A program made the position numbers and the translations under genes. A stretch of DNA of 64,000 nt, taken from contig NW_024704743.1 in assembly GCF_018977255.1 (NCBI RefSeq), positions 89,964,001 to 90,028,000 on the forward strand, in the 5' to 3' direction. Source of the stretch: Callorhinchus milii. Its lineage: Eukaryota. The notes beneath the pieces are model-generated. The model made no database searches. It had not been told where the DNA came from and was given only the letters and a program-made list of their open reading frames with translations. Shown piece after piece: positions 1 to 13,590 of this stretch. Position 1 is the first letter of the stretch. Each line of letters opens with the position of its first letter.

Positions 1-497
1 TCCTCGCTGGCCTCTCCAGTTCCACGATCCACAAGCTCTAGTGCATCCAAAACTCTACCGCCCACATATTTACTTTGTATCCATACCATTGCCAGATTCC
101 ACTGGCTCCCTGACTCCCATCAGATTGTCTATAAATCCCTTCACACCATTCCACACCCCTACCTCTGTTTTCTTCTGCAGAATCACTATTCTGCTCACCA
201 CTCCACTTGGCAAACTCGAGCCTACTGCTGTCCTCCACCCGCTCCATTTCAGCATTGGCCGCCGAGTGTTCAGCCACTGTACCCCCACCTTCTGGACCTC
301 TCTCTGGACCTCTCTCTGTCAACCCTCCATCTTGCCCTCTCTCTGTATATGATTAAAACCTGTTTAGAAACCGACTTCTTCAACCTTGCTGGTCACAGCT
401 TCCTCCTAGCCCAATTGATTGTGCAGCACCATCTCTGAAAAGTGCTCCGAGATCTTTCTCTATGTGAAGAGTGTTATATAAGAACAAGCTGCAGTTG
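1..497 (+). mobile_element. Old degenerate L2 (LINE2) 3' fragment
   Basis: Degenerate HKLQ.IQNS / LHWLP-coding sequence, and a remnant of the L2 3' stem-loop tail at about 440-497. Confidence 0.75.
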
Positions 498-1489
498 CCT
501 GTGCGCATATTATACTATCCATGACTGTGAGGAGACATCATCCTTTGACTGAGACATTAAACTGACATTCCGTTTGTTTCCGCCTGTTTGCAAAAGGTTC
601 ATATTAAAGATCGTGATTTTTACAATTACAATTTACCCTCACATAGCAGTTTTCACATCAGGACACACTCTCAAATTGTTTCATACTGCTGACTGGGAGG
701 CCAAAAGAGAAGGGAGTTTATATTGTTATCCTAGAATAATATTGGATCATTCACACACCTGTCTGTTTGTGGGACTTGGCTAAACACAAAATGGGTGCTT
801 TGGTTGGCTGTAAAAAACACTAATTCTGAAGCATAACAAACTTCAACATATGTGCAATTTAAAAATTCTCTCTCTCTTAAGGAACTTCCCCGATATCATA
901 ACAAAAGTCTCTATTTTCAATTTCTAAACTGATTTGATTCTTGCCCTTTGCACTGTTGAGTTTCTGTTACAAACAAGATGAGTTCCACATCAACACTGGC
1001 TTGAGTATTACAAATGCTTATTATGTTTGAAGGGGCTATAAAGCCCATTGAGCAGAGAAAAAGAATAAGAATGATACTGAATAATTCATCTTGATTTAAC
1101 GGTAGATAAAGAATATTACCTTGTGTGACGGTCATGTCTCGGACAGAATATATAAAATCTATACATTCAGCAAATATTGATGTATCCAGTATTACTTATT
1201 AAGTAACTGAACAGGTGCGTAAATAAAATGGATAATCTCATGCACCCTACCCGGTTACAGAGTTTGTTGTAAGCTGCCTGGAAATGATGCTTATTCAAAT
1301 GCAAAGGGCAAATGGAACAACAATAAACTTGCATTTATTTAGTGCCCTTTTTGACGATAGCACGATAGTGCTGCAAAAAGCAAATTAGGAGGCAAAAAAA
1401 TAAATTAATATTGGAGGAAATGTATTTACTTTAATAACATAAGGGGTATGATAGCCATTGCTTTCATATATGCCACTGTAGCCCATATG

Positions 1490-1912
1490 GGTTTAGCCTG
1501 GCTGTTAGTAGCATTATCACCTATGACATAGAAGGTCGTAGGTTCAAGCCCCAAATTGTGACTTTGAACGCACAGTGTAGACTGACAATCCAATTCAGTG
1601 CTGGGAGTGCGGTTCATTGTCGGAGATTTATCCTTCCAATGGGACTTCAAACTGTCTGCCTGTTCAGGTGGGTATTAAAGATCCCATTGCACTATTCAAA
1701 AAGGAAAAAGCATTTCCTCCCGATGTCAGCGCCGACAAATCCCCGCATAAAATTCACTTAATGCTGTTTGTGGGACATTGCTGTGTGCAAAATGAACTGC
1801 AGCACATTTGCCTACAAAATTACAGTCGCTACCCTTTATAGTGAATGCTGTGAAGCACTTTGAGATGCCCTCCCAAGGTGAAAAGTTCTATATCAAATGC
1901 AAGGATTATTAA
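1490..1912 (+). mobile_element. DeuSINE-like (shark SacSINE1-type) tRNA-derived SINE
   Basis: B-box-like ggttcaagccc, central block ...gtctgcctgttcaggtgg...aagatcccat...gctgtttgtgggacattgctgtgtgcaaa, and an L2-like tail ending aaatgcaaggattatt. Confidence 0.7.
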
Positions 1913-4439
1913 ATACATTACAAAAGCTTTCTGAATGAGGTCAGTGCAGAAAATCGGTTTATCAAATGTGTTCATCCAGCAAGATATTATACCCTGACCA
2001 TGCATCATCCAGTAAATCAGCTGTCTCCCTCTATTTCCTAAGGGTTTAATTAGACTTAAATTGAAATGCTAGCACCTAAATCTGTTGCAAAGATGAATTG
2101 CTATCTTGTAGTCTCTGATCACAAAGGATTTGAGTTCTACCAGCTTTATACATCATCAGAAAAAGAAACCACAGCACAAAGCAGCACCCAGAGCTCAAAT
2201 CCCTTCACTTCTTGCAGAATGACAATATGAATAACAGTGTGCACCAAAAATACAGAATTTAGTGTGACAGCAGGAACACTAGGCTGTTTTAAATGAAGCC
2301 CGGCTGCAATAATTCAAAACAAAACTCGCCCTTTTCATTTTTCTTTCAAACAGAGGAAGGAGGTAACAAAGCCAGAGATTCTATTTTTATTTCACAGTCA
2401 ACAATCTGCAAGCCTTAAGGTCCTGCAGAGGCACCATGTATTACTAACGCATTCACCAAAATGACAAGGAAATTGGATAAATATTTGAAGAGAAAAACAA
2501 GTACCGGGAAACTGGGGTTAAAGGTTTATTCCAGTGGAGGATCTGGCACCAGCATAGGCTCAATGTGCTTTGGGCATTACAGTGTCGATGGAGTGTTAAG
2601 ATGGGATAATTATCCTATCAAATCCACTAAGAAATGTTGCATTTTTCATTCCAGTATTACTAATGTTCAGTTCAGAGCACCAATCCAATTCAACATCTAG
2701 TACGCCATCCATCCATGGAGCTGTGCTGTACAATGGATGACTGGGAAATAGATCTACACCTACAGTTCCCCAAATGATGAGCTCCTGATGTCAGACATTC
2801 CATGATGAGGAGTCACCATGAAACTTAGGACATTTACCCGCAGGAAATGCAAATAGAAAATATATTAGGCAATAATTCTATTAAATAGTATAAAGAAAAA
2901 AGAATTAAACACCTTCAATGGAGGAGGTGGGTGGAAGATAAAATGGAAAGAGAGAAAGAAATGGAAGGGGGAAAGAAGTAATGTTTGAAATTTTACTCTC
3001 CCAGTGTACTCTGTGTACTCTGTGATCTAAGTCTTAAAAATCATTTTATTTTTAAAATGTATGATTGTGTAAAAGTTTGAAATTTTAAAAAATTCAATCT
3101 TAACTTGGAAGCCTTTTTTGTATTTAACCTACAAAACACACAGTCACTAGATTTTAGAGTATATCTTGTGAAGTGCTTTGAGTCATCCTCCTAACATGAA
3201 AAGCGCTCTATCAAACACAAGGATCATTAGTATTATTATTATTATGTATTCGGAAGGCAGTTTTTCACAGTCCTTGAAAAGAATTATGGACTCAGATTCC
3301 TTCCGTACAGTTCTGTGACATGTCTGAACATTTATAGGAGTTCTTTAAGCCTGCTATTTAAGTACACTGGTGTTAGTTTTTTTTTATTCCTTGAAGTTCA
3401 GTGAACCGATCGATTTGCATCCAATATTTGATGGGCTACAGCTCTATCAATAATCAGCTTAGTATTAAAAGCCTGACATCTATTTAGTTTAAATAGCATA
3501 TGCTAAATGAAAACAGTGAGAAGTAGTTCACTGCTTAAAGGAAGGACTTCAGGGAATTCTTACACCCTGGCTGTGTGCAGGTTTGGTGTAGAGTTTGACA
3601 CTTTACAGCAATGATCCGTGAGGTTCTGTGAAACATTTTAAGTGATAGACATTATCTCAGATATAAAGTACTTTACTCAAGTCGACATACAGTTTGAAAA
3701 TGTTGCTGCAATAATCAGGGTTTCTGACGCGGATCCACAGTAGCCACTTGTCTTTTGGTACCAGTTGACTGATATTGTTTTCTTGCAATGCTTTTATAAA
3801 AAGGAAAAAATAAAGTATTGAGAGTTTCTAACTTCATTAATTTGCAGCCATATGGCAGATAGTGAGGGTAGCATGCAACTCAGGGTCGCATACAAGACAG
3901 TTTCCTTGACCCAAGTGAATTAGTACCATGACGGTCAATGTATAAGGCAAGACCTCTGTGGCACGTTTGATTCCCTAAAGGTCCATCAACCTAAATTATT
4001 CCACTCATTCCTGCATGTAATTTCTAGGGTGAAAAATATTTACCATGAGGTGCCAGATGGAAAGAGTGCAAGAAGCTGACAAAGCATTCAGCCATTCACT
4101 GAAAGTGTTAGGCTTGACAGCACAGCAGATTTTATGTTAATTCACATTATTGTGAGTGAAGATAGCAAAGATAGGAGGCAGACACTTTGGTAGAGGAAAG
4201 AGGGTGTTTGGTTTTGGTCTTCAGTGTATGCTGAACTATCAGTACAAAAATCAGAAGCTTTCTAGTAGCCACCCCTCTTCCACTGCAAACAATGCAGGTT
4301 TCTATCTGTATTGGAGTGTGAAATGAATAATTACATGACAGAATAAAGACAAAAATAAAGTCTTATCTATAGCGTTTAGACATTTTAACTCTCAGATTAA
4401 ATACTAGCATATTCTTGTTTGGAAAATGTCTAAGACATC

Positions 4440-4880
4440 AAATAATAATATAATAGTCCTTGCATTGGTTAGAAAACCTTACCATGTAGTCAAAATGTCT
4501 CAAACTTCTTAATGGGTCTTTTTTTGCTGTGAAATGTAGTGACTGTACAATATTTTGTAGGTGAATGTGGCAGCCAATTTGAACACAGCAATATCCCAGA
4601 AACAGCCATAAAGGGAACGACAAATTTTAACTTGACATTGCTGGTCAGGACAGCAGGAGAAACTCTCTTCTCTTTTTGAATAGTGCAATGGGATCTTTCA
4701 TGTCCACATGAACAGGCAGACATAACCTCAGTCTCATTCAAAGGATGTCACCTCCAACAATGAAGCATGCTCCCGTAGTCAACATAGACTATATTAGTTC
4801 AAAATTCAGACATGAACTTGAACACACAAATTTCTGAATCAGATGCGAGAGTGCTATCAAATGAGTTAGATTGACACCTT
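4440..4880 (-). mobile_element. DeuSINE-like SINE
   Basis: Reverse complement of the 1490-1912 element, with an (ATA)n tail at 4440. Confidence 0.65.
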
Positions 4881-5289
4881 AATTTAATCTCTTCCTTCCA
4901 GTATAGCCCACTCTAAAATCTTCAGTATCACAGTATCAGGCTGCTTATTGATACACCAAGCTTCTTTATAGTCACAGGGTATCTTTTAGTTTTGCGTAAA
5001 ATCAATATAGAAAATGGAACACATCCCCATTAAAATAAAACAATTGTAATGAATTGTAATGAAGCAGAATCCTCCATCTATTGCTTGCAGCAGTATGCGA
5101 TTATCTATTGCAATGACATCCAACTGGTTACACTAAATTTCCGTTCCTGATGGACTTCATTGTTAGCTTTGTCTATTGTGCATACTGTGTAATGTGCCAT
5201 TACTATGAGATGATCGTAAGGGCTGCTTTTATCCTCCGTGGAGGGAGAGGATAGTGGCTCCAAGGTGCCATGCATGGCAATGGAATTTT

Positions 5290-5625
5290 GCAATCAAGTT
5301 AACCCCTGTGACAGTCTCGGTGGTCCGGTTCTTGAGCTAGGCAGTTCCGCAGTATTCCAGGGCACTGCTGATGACAGCATAGCCAGCCTGGCTCATCAGT
5401 AGGACTTGGAGAAGCGGGCTGGTTATTTGTGGCAGAGATTCTTCCCACTCAGCTCCTGTTAACCTTGCAAGTCAAAGCCCAAAAAGTCCGGATGACCCTA
5501 GCTGGACAAGCAGCGAGAAGCTTGCCAGAGAATGGCTTCAATGACAAGCTATACAGTTTTAGCTAATTAAACTCCAACAATGCATACTCTGGGACCCCCA
5601 AGCCTTGGCTCTTGCCAACCTCTTG
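5290..5625 (-). repeat. Unclassified interspersed repeat, copy of the 25030-25560 family
   Basis: ccaagccttggctcttgccaac and cagtattccagggcactgct are reverse complements of blocks at about 25185 and 25395. Confidence 0.7.
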
Positions 5626-5629
5626 CTAT

Positions 5630-5996
5630 GGAGTCCTGTAGCTTTGTGGTTAGAGCACTCGCCTTGCAAGCAAGAGGACCTGGGTTTGATTCCCAGGCAG
5701 GATGAACCATTGGACATGTTTTCTTACTCCACAGTCCTCTGTTTATCTAGCAGTAAGTAGGAACCTGGTTATTAGTCATTTGGCAGATTGCTTTTCCAGG
5801 GATAACAATCCCTTTTTAAAAAAATAATTTGGTTACTCAATCCAAGACTGTTTGTGGGACACTGCTGTGTGTAATTGGCTGCCATGTTTCGCCCATAAAA
5901 TATACAATCAATTCACTTTACAGTATACTCTGTGAAGCGCTTTGAGACGTCAAGAAGACATGATAAGATGCTATATATCAAATGCAAGGACTATTT
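5630..5996 (+). mobile_element. tRNA-Ala-derived SINE, full length, long variant
   Basis: Head ggagtcctgtagct...ctcgccttgcaagcaag with a TGC anticodon loop and a B box, plus an L2-type 3' tail. Confidence 0.85.
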
Positions 5997-6419
5997 ATAG
6001 CCTGTGCCGGAATTGGGTTAGCAGGATGTGTCACAATGGAGAGAGAGGTTGGATTCCATACCAAACACGGGAATGTGTAAGGGGCATGGAACTAACTCTC
6101 ACTCTGGTTTCGATATTCTCTTATCCATTTCGAGGCTTCAACTGGAATCAAGCAAAACAATGATGTTGAAATCAGGGGTGGAAGGAGGTTGCAGCCAAAA
6201 ACAGTCAATGACTAAAGACTGATTCAACTGCAAATTTCAGCAATTTATATATCACATATTTTGAGTGTAGTTGGATTATTTGCTCTCAGACTAGTATTTG
6301 TTATGTGAAAGATAGTGCAGAGTAAGACGGTAATTTTAGGTTATAGTCCAAGTAGGGATACATCAGTCTACACTGATGTATTCCTACTTGGACTATAACC
6401 TAAAATATAACTTTCAATT

Positions 6420-6720
6420 TTCTCTATCACCCCCATCCTCGCCCGACTCCACTGGCTCCCCATCACACAGAGGATACAGTTCAAGATCCTTCAAAGCCTT
6501 CCATGGTCTTACTCCGCCCTACCTCTGTGACCTCTTAACACCCTACCATCCTGCTCGCTCCCTCCACTCAACGGGCTCTGGCCTGCTTCAACATTCCCCA
6601 CCCCGCTCGCCCCACTATTGGTGAGCGGGCCTTCTGCCACTCTGCCCCCACCCTCTAGAACTCCATCCCGCAGTCCCTCCACCTCACCCCCTCCTTTGCC
6701 TCCTTCAAGACCCATCTTCT
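6420..6720 (+). mobile_element. L2 ORF2 3' fragment
   Basis: Encodes remnants LHWLPI.QRIQFKI, FKAFHGLTPPYLCDLLTPYHPARSL. Confidence 0.8.
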
Positions 6721-8279
6721 GGGAGAGGGAGAGAGGAGGAGCTCATGAAAAAGTGATTTCAAGGTCTGCTTCTAAACCATCTTAATTCATGTCTGGTGCC
6801 AAGTACAGAGCAGCTCTACATTAAAATAATTGTCTGTATAATGTTTGGCTGCTGGGAATTATCGCATTGGTGATGGGGATAGAGATCACTGAGAAGAGGA
6901 GGGGAGGAGGAAATGTAAAGGTGTTGACCGATGGCAGGGTTAGACGTAAATTTTTATGAGTTTTGAAGGAAGGGAGAAAAGACGTATGAAAAAAGGAATT
7001 TCGAGAGAGAGTTACGGAGAGTGAAAGCAGCTGACAGTATGCCGCGGCATAATGTGCTGAGTTTAGCACAACTGATTATTCATATTATCAATCAGAATAG
7101 TTCGATCACTGTCACTTTCTTATGTAGGGAAGGTGGACAGCTATCACAAGGATTGTTACCAGGCTGCTTTGTGTCAACACAAAGAAAACCAAAGACAACT
7201 GAAATTCCCCCTAGTCTTAACCTACAAGACATTTTGCCTTACTATTTGAGATGACACAGAATTGTGGTAAACTCTTAAATTCAACCTGAATTCAGAAGTT
7301 CTTTTTTAAAATCAAACTGCAGAAAATTAGCTTCCAAGTTAAGCTCCTATGGTTCCAATTAACACATGCATTAGGAAAAGTGACCTGATGATATTTAACA
7401 CACAATGCCTCACTATAAATCTTAGTCCACATGGTGGAATCCCCCAGATGTCTTTCTGCACAGTGTAAAGCCAATAACTGGTCCAATGCCTCACTATAAA
7501 TCTATGCGTGGCCCAGCCAGCTTCTTCACAGAACAATTGATCAGGGCGTTGAAGGAAGGAAAAAAAGTTGACCTCCAGCACACTGTCAATGTGTTAATTA
7601 TCATCAGGTTGTTTTTCAACGCACCACAGGCTGCAATCTGTGATTGCAATTCACACATTGCAATTTGCACCTTTTATTGTGTTAAAACCTGCTGCTGAAT
7701 GGCACATGGCTGTACATCATATAGGGCAATGCCACAAGTTACAGAAACGTGGTCAGAGAGCATTCAAGACATATACAAACTGCATTAACTTGGAAAAAAA
7801 GGTGTATTTTATTGAAATCTAACTGATGGTTGTTTTATAAACTAAGTCTGGCTTGCAGTGTCTGTGAATTAAAATAATAATCATCCTTGTATTTGATGTA
7901 ACACATTTCAAAGATGCCTCAAAGCACTTCAAATGAGTCACTCTAAAGTGTAATGACTGTGTATTTTGTAAGCAAATTAAGCTTTTTTTTTGGCGTATGC
8001 GAAGGTGATTTTCAATAATATGGGGAGTGGCAATGCTGTTCTGAGATTATAGAAAGAGAGCTCTGCTGTTAATACTGCAGCACTGTTAATGCAGAATGAA
8101 CACACATTGACGAAATCCGAACAGAAACTCATACTTTTTGTCCACGAAAGCTGAATTCATAGCAATTTAATGTCCTTAATGGAACAAGCTGTTCCTGTAT
8201 ATGTAAAATATTTGCATTCCCTTAGCGTTTTGAGACAACTCTGCTTGCAAAAATTACGGTCAGCTCTGAGAGTAGCCAA

Positions 8280-8498
8280 AACAACAACACAAAATTACAT
8301 TTATAGAGCGCCTTTCATGTCGGGAGGACGTCCCAAAGCGCTGAACAGTCAGGTGTCGGGACCCGATCATGGGGGAGGGGGGGGTGGTGTAGGGGTGAGG
8401 GAAGGTGAAGAGGTGGGAGGGAGACCAAAGGCACGTTCAAAGAGAAAGGTCTTGAGACCGACCTTGAAGGAGACAAGGGAGGAAGCGAGGCGAAGGGA
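8280..8498 (-). mobile_element. 5'-truncated L2 (3' UTR and tail)
   Basis: (CAA)n tail, gcgcctttcatgtcgggaggacgtcccaaagcgc stem-loop, and a purine-rich UTR matching other L2 copies. Confidence 0.9.
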
Positions 8499-10319
8499 TC
8501 GTTTTATAATTTAAAAAATAATCTAAAAAAGTTTAGATTATTTTTAAATATAGCACAGAAAAATGTAGCACCATTATAAATTCTGGCACATAGATTATAT
8601 GAGCCTACGCATGTATTTTGCTGGATATTGAACTCTCAACCTTGTTCTTAGGTTAAACTATTAAAAGACAGCAATTTATTCATAAACAGTGACAATTCCT
8701 TCATAAACATTCTGAAGTCTCTGTACCAAACCAGAGACTTCAGAAATAGAAGCTTCAGCTCCTATGGACATGTTACGCAACAAGAACAGGAAAAAGAATC
8801 AAATCAGCCCGAATAACAAAAATAATCTATTAGATGTGTGCAAATCCCTCCATGATAAAAATATGCTGAACAAACTCTTTAAAAATGCAGCAGAATTTCA
8901 GAACCAACACACAAATAATGCTGCATATTTAAAGCATATTCTATTATTCTGTACATTTGTTTAATTCGCATTTACAGTAGACACTTCCAATACCACTACC
9001 ATTTTTGTAGGTATTACATAATCGACACAAGCACGTATTTTGCAAGCTGTTTAAGTCTTCTCACCCCCCAGGGGCCTATGTTCCTATTTGTGTCAGATGG
9101 TAATAACATAATTAACCTTTTTAATTATCAGTGATGCTTTTGCTTGTCAAAGGTTTTTGAGAACTGATTAAACTTCTATAGGCCACTGCTATTACTGATA
9201 ATAATCCTTGCATAGTGCCTTTCACGACAAGAGAATGAATCAAAGTGCTTCATAGGATTTACTGTAAAGTGTGGTGACTGAACATTTTGTAAGTGAATGT
9301 GGCAGTCAATTTATAGATAGCAATGTCCTACAAAAAGCGATAAAGTGAATGACCATTTTATTATCTAGGGGATTGTTGGCCAGGATACCAGGAGAAATTA
9401 GTGTCAGGGGCATCTTAAACATCCACCTGAACAGGACCTCACTTCAACGTCTCATCCGAAGGCCCACACTTCTGACAATTCAGACATCAGCACCTTAGGG
9501 GGCTAAGTTCATGATTAACTTTTAAGGAGTCAATCATATGGTTGGGTTCATGAGTGATTAAGATTAAGACTTTGCCTCAAGTCATTTGGTATACTCTTTC
9601 CAATATTCTAACCCCTTTGGGATTTGTGCATTGAGTTAGAAATCGATTGGCTAAACTTGTGGGATGGGGTGAACACATGCAAGTGAATACAGATCATCTT
9701 AAATATATTGTATATATGTTTGTCCGTCTGTATGTACCTGGGTTATTAACTCAATTTAAACACTGGCGCTCATTGACTTCCCGTCACAACATGTAAACTG
9801 TTTATTATAAGAGCCCAATGTCCTGGCATCAACCACCCTTCCCTTATTTTAAAGAAAAGATATCTATCTTAAATTTGCCTTCCTCAACTCTATGCTTATT
9901 ATCTTCATTTATCTGAAACCTTTATTCTTTCTTTACTTCCATCTCGGTATACTTCTATATTAAGCACATTATATAGCTCTTATAAGGTTCCCTCAAGAAT
10001 GAAGAGCCCTAGGTTATCCAACTTTCCCTTACAGCTTGTCCATCATATACTGCAAATTATTCTCATTACTCTAACAGTTAGACAGCGTAAAATATTAAAG
10101 TTGAATGTAACCATAAAACGAGTCACAGTCTTTCTATTTTTTCGGATTCAGTATCTTGGAACACAATGTGTTTCTTGCCTTTGATGCAATAATATTTGAC
10201 TTTTCATGAATATTGCATTTAATAATATAATAATAATTCTTGCATTTTTATATTGCACCTTATATATTGTAAAGTGAATTGACTGTATATTTTTTGGAAA
10301 GAGAACTTAATTTATACTT

Positions 10320-11463
10320 CTTCACTTTGTTTCCACGAGTGGCTTTTCCTCCAGCCCCCGCACTGTCTCGTGTGGTGTCCCTCAGGGCTCTGTCCTCGGT
10401 CCCCTCCTCTTCACCCTCTATATGCTCCCCCTTGGTGACAGCATCCGCAGACATGGGGTTAACTTCCACATGTATGCGGATGACACCCAACTCTACCTTT
10501 CCTCCTCTACCCTCAACTCCACGACCACCGATGTCCTGACAGTCTGCCTGTCCGACATCGAGTCCTGGACGAGAGACAACTTTCTTCAGCTCAACGTGCG
10601 TAAAACTGAGGCCCTCCTGATTGGCTCACGTCAGCGCCTCCGCACCTCTGACGCTGACAGCATCAGCATCCAAGGCTGCACTCTCCACCTCTCAAAGCCG
10701 TCAGGAACCTCGGTGTTCTGTTCGACCCTGAGCTGTCCTTTCTCCCTCATATCCGCGCCACAACTGGCACCGCCTTCCATCACCTCCGGAACATCGCCAG
10801 ACTACGGCACTACCTCACCCCTCACGCTGCTGAAACTCTGGTCCACACCTTTATCACCTCAAGGCTGGACTATGGGAACTCTCTCCTCGCCGGCCTTCCC
10901 GCCACCTCCACAAGCTGCAGGTCATTCAGAACTCTGCAGCTCGTGTACTGTCCCGCACCAGGCTTCGCGACCACATCACTCCCACCCTCGCTCGCCTCCA
11001 CTGGCTCCCCATCCCCCAGAGGATCGAATTCAAGATCCTCATCCTCACCTACAAGGCCATTCACGGCCTCGCTCCCTCCTACCTCTCCAACCTACTATCC
11101 CCCCACGTACCTGCCCGTACCCTCCGTTCCTCTGGCTCGGGTCTGCTCCACATCCCCCGCTCCAACCGCCCTACCATCGGTGACCGGGCCTTCAGCCTCT
11201 CAGCCCCGAGGCTCTGGAACTCTATCCCCCAGTGCCTTCGCCGCTTCCTCCCTTTCCTCCTTGAAGGCCGGTCTCAAGATCTTTCTCTTCGACCGTGCCT
11301 TCAGCTCCCCTCTCGACTCTCTACCCCCTCCTCGCTCCCTCCCTTCCCTCCCCTCACCCTGACCATTTTCCCCCTGCTCGGGTCCTGACCCAACTGTACA
11401 GCGCCTTGGGACGTCCTCCCGACGTGAAAGGCGCTCTATAAATGGAATCTTGTTGTTGTTGTT
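10320..11463 (+). mobile_element. Young 5'-truncated L2 LINE: RT domain end, C-terminus and 3' tail; frameshifted
   Basis: [16 protein letters not shown] region, [26 protein letters not shown] with the RT YADD motif, a 3' stem-loop and a (TTG)n tail. Confidence 0.95.
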
Positions 11464-11502
11464 CTTTTCCTACAGGATTATTATTATTATGCTTCAAGTA
11501 AT

Positions 11503-11718
11503 ATAATAATAATAATAATAATCCTTGCATTTGATATAACGCTTTTCATGTCGGGAGGACGTCCCAAAGCGCTTCACAGAACACACTGTAGAGTGAATTG
11601 ACTGTATATTTGTGGGCGAACGCGGCAGCCAATTGCGCACAGCAATGTCCCACAAACAGTCGTAGATTGAAAATGACCAATTTATTATTGTTTTGTTTTT
11701 TTGGAGGGATTATTATTA
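11503..11718 (-). mobile_element. tRNA-Ala SINE, 3' half without the head
   Basis: (ATA)n tail and gcggcagccaattgcgcacagcaatgtcccacaaacagtc, close to full-length copies. Confidence 0.9.
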
Positions 11719-12189
11719 TCTAAAATAATTGACCAATAAGTTGTGGCCAGTCAATCAAGAGATCTCAAAAGGAGGCTTTGAAGGTCAGATAATCGGAAAA
11801 ATCATTAAAACTACAAAGCAGTTTCCACAAAATGCTGGTGGGTTGATATATACTTGTTTCATGTGGCACAGACTCAAAATATCCAGCCCTTCGCTTTCAA
11901 TTTTAGAAATTTCAAAAAAAGTTGGCTTTAATGTTCTGATGAAGGGTCACATCTGACACACTCCTCTTTCTCTTAGATGCTGATAGATCTGCTATGCTTA
12001 TGCAGCAGTTTCTGTGATTTTACATCTTTGTGTTTTAAGAACCTGCTCCCCACCTAAAAGTTCTACTGGTTGACAAAACAAAACACTGTTTGCAATCAGG
12101 TTGTGTGTTCAACCGACCATATTTTTGATATTGCAAAACAGAAATCTACTAATCTGATAACAGAATGAGAAATGGGTTATTTGAACTCA

Positions 12190-12570
12190 CATAGTCTATG
12201 CTGGCACCCCAAAGTGGTACTGGGGTGTGCTGAATTGTCAGAGGTGCTGCCCTTTCGATGTGACATTGAACCAAAATTCTGTGTGCCTGTTCAGAAGGAT
12301 GTCAAAAAGAAATACGAGTTTCTCCTGATGTTTATCCTGGAGAAACTATTTTCTCTTTCTGAGAATTGCCATGAGGTCTTTAACATCCACCTGATTAAGG
12401 ACAGAAGGGATGGGATCTTGGTTTAACTCATCCAAAGGACGGCATCTCCAACAATGTAACATACCTTCAGCACTGCACTGGAATATCAGCCTACACTTGT
12501 GAGGATTAGTTCCGATAAGAGGCTTGAATCCACAATCCTCTGACTCAAGAGGCGAGACTGCTACAAATAC
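12190..12570. mobile_element. Two DeuSINE-like fragments in opposite orientation (about 12190-12330 on +, 12355-12570 on -)
   Basis: tgtcagaggtgctgccctttcgatg on + and its reverse complement catccaaaggacggcatctccaaca. Confidence 0.6.
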
Positions 12571-12639
12571 ACTATCCATTATAAGCAAAGTTCAGTATGT
12601 TTACTAATATATTTTTTTCAGCAGCCAGTCTGATGTATA

Positions 12640-12880
12640 TGGAAATCCATCACCGTGCTTAAGAGTATCCATACCAAACTGAGAGTTCCAGACATGTATG
12701 TATGTAGGTGGCTACACATGGACATTTTCTTGTGGAATGGAACAAATGTTTTTCAATAATTCTGGAAAATATTAGGCACCAGATAGTGAGAGTCAAATCA
12801 TGGGCTCTCAGAGTGTGTGTTGAGGTACTGCTGGAACTTAAACAGTCAGAACTTCATAGCTTGGCATTTTGTCCTTTCCC
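12640..12880 (+). repeat. Unclassified interspersed repeat, copy of the 25030-25560 family
   Basis: Shares aagagtatcc...aaactgagagttcca...ctacacatgg...tggaatgga...aattctggaaa.tattaggcac with 25040-25180. Confidence 0.7.
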
Positions 12881-13279
12881 AAACAGCATGACTTAAATTG
12901 CTTGGGTCATCAATGTCATCTTACAAGAAAGGAAAAGTGGCCGCTGTTAAATTCTACACAAGGGACAAAATGTCAGTCTATGTATAGAGCAAAAACAAAA
13001 ATAGTAAGTTGTGCTAATCAGTCAACTGTTAGGGCACAATATAACACATGATATTCATGCAATTTATGTATCAAGTACGACATCCAGTAGCTGGTCTTAT
13101 TGTGATGTTTGTCAGTTTATAGTTACAAAAATACATTTTTAAAAAAATCTCATGTGAGATTACTGAATTATTATCATTCAAAGTAAATTATTTACCACAA
13201 ACACTACATTCTGTTTGATGTTTCACACATAATTACAGATTTGCCCTTATTCCAAGAAATCTCTTGCATTTGAAGCATA

Positions 13280-13590
13280 CTGTTGGAAGTGCCATCCTAC
13301 AGAAGAGATGCTAAACTGAGATTCTGTTTGCCTGTTTAGGTGGATGTCAAAGATCCCGAGGCTCTATTCAAAAAGAGAAGGGAGTTTCTCCTGGTGTTCT
13401 GGGCAATAATTCCTCAAATAGAATTGGTCATTCACTTCATAGCCGTTTGTCAGTCATTGCTCTGCAGAAATTCCCTGCCGGGTTTATCCACAAAGCTCAC
13501 TGCACTTTACAGTATATCCTGTGAAGCACTATAAGGCAACCTCCTGACATGAAAGGAGCTATACCAAAATGTAAGGATTATTATTATTTC
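13280..13590 (+). mobile_element. DeuSINE-like SINE fragment
   Basis: Central block aggtggatgtcaaagatccc and tail aaggattattattatt. Confidence 0.65.

Noticed and set aside
10422..11362. 253-aa RT-containing ORF as a functional reverse transcriptase or retron-like system
   Set aside because: It is a frameshifted, truncated L2 copy with a standard L2 tail in eukaryotic intronic context.
11930..12025. Second hammerhead-like motif (ctgatgaagggtc...)
   Set aside because: It is a degenerate copy of the Penelope-type fragment that has lost helix II pairing and the GAAA core.
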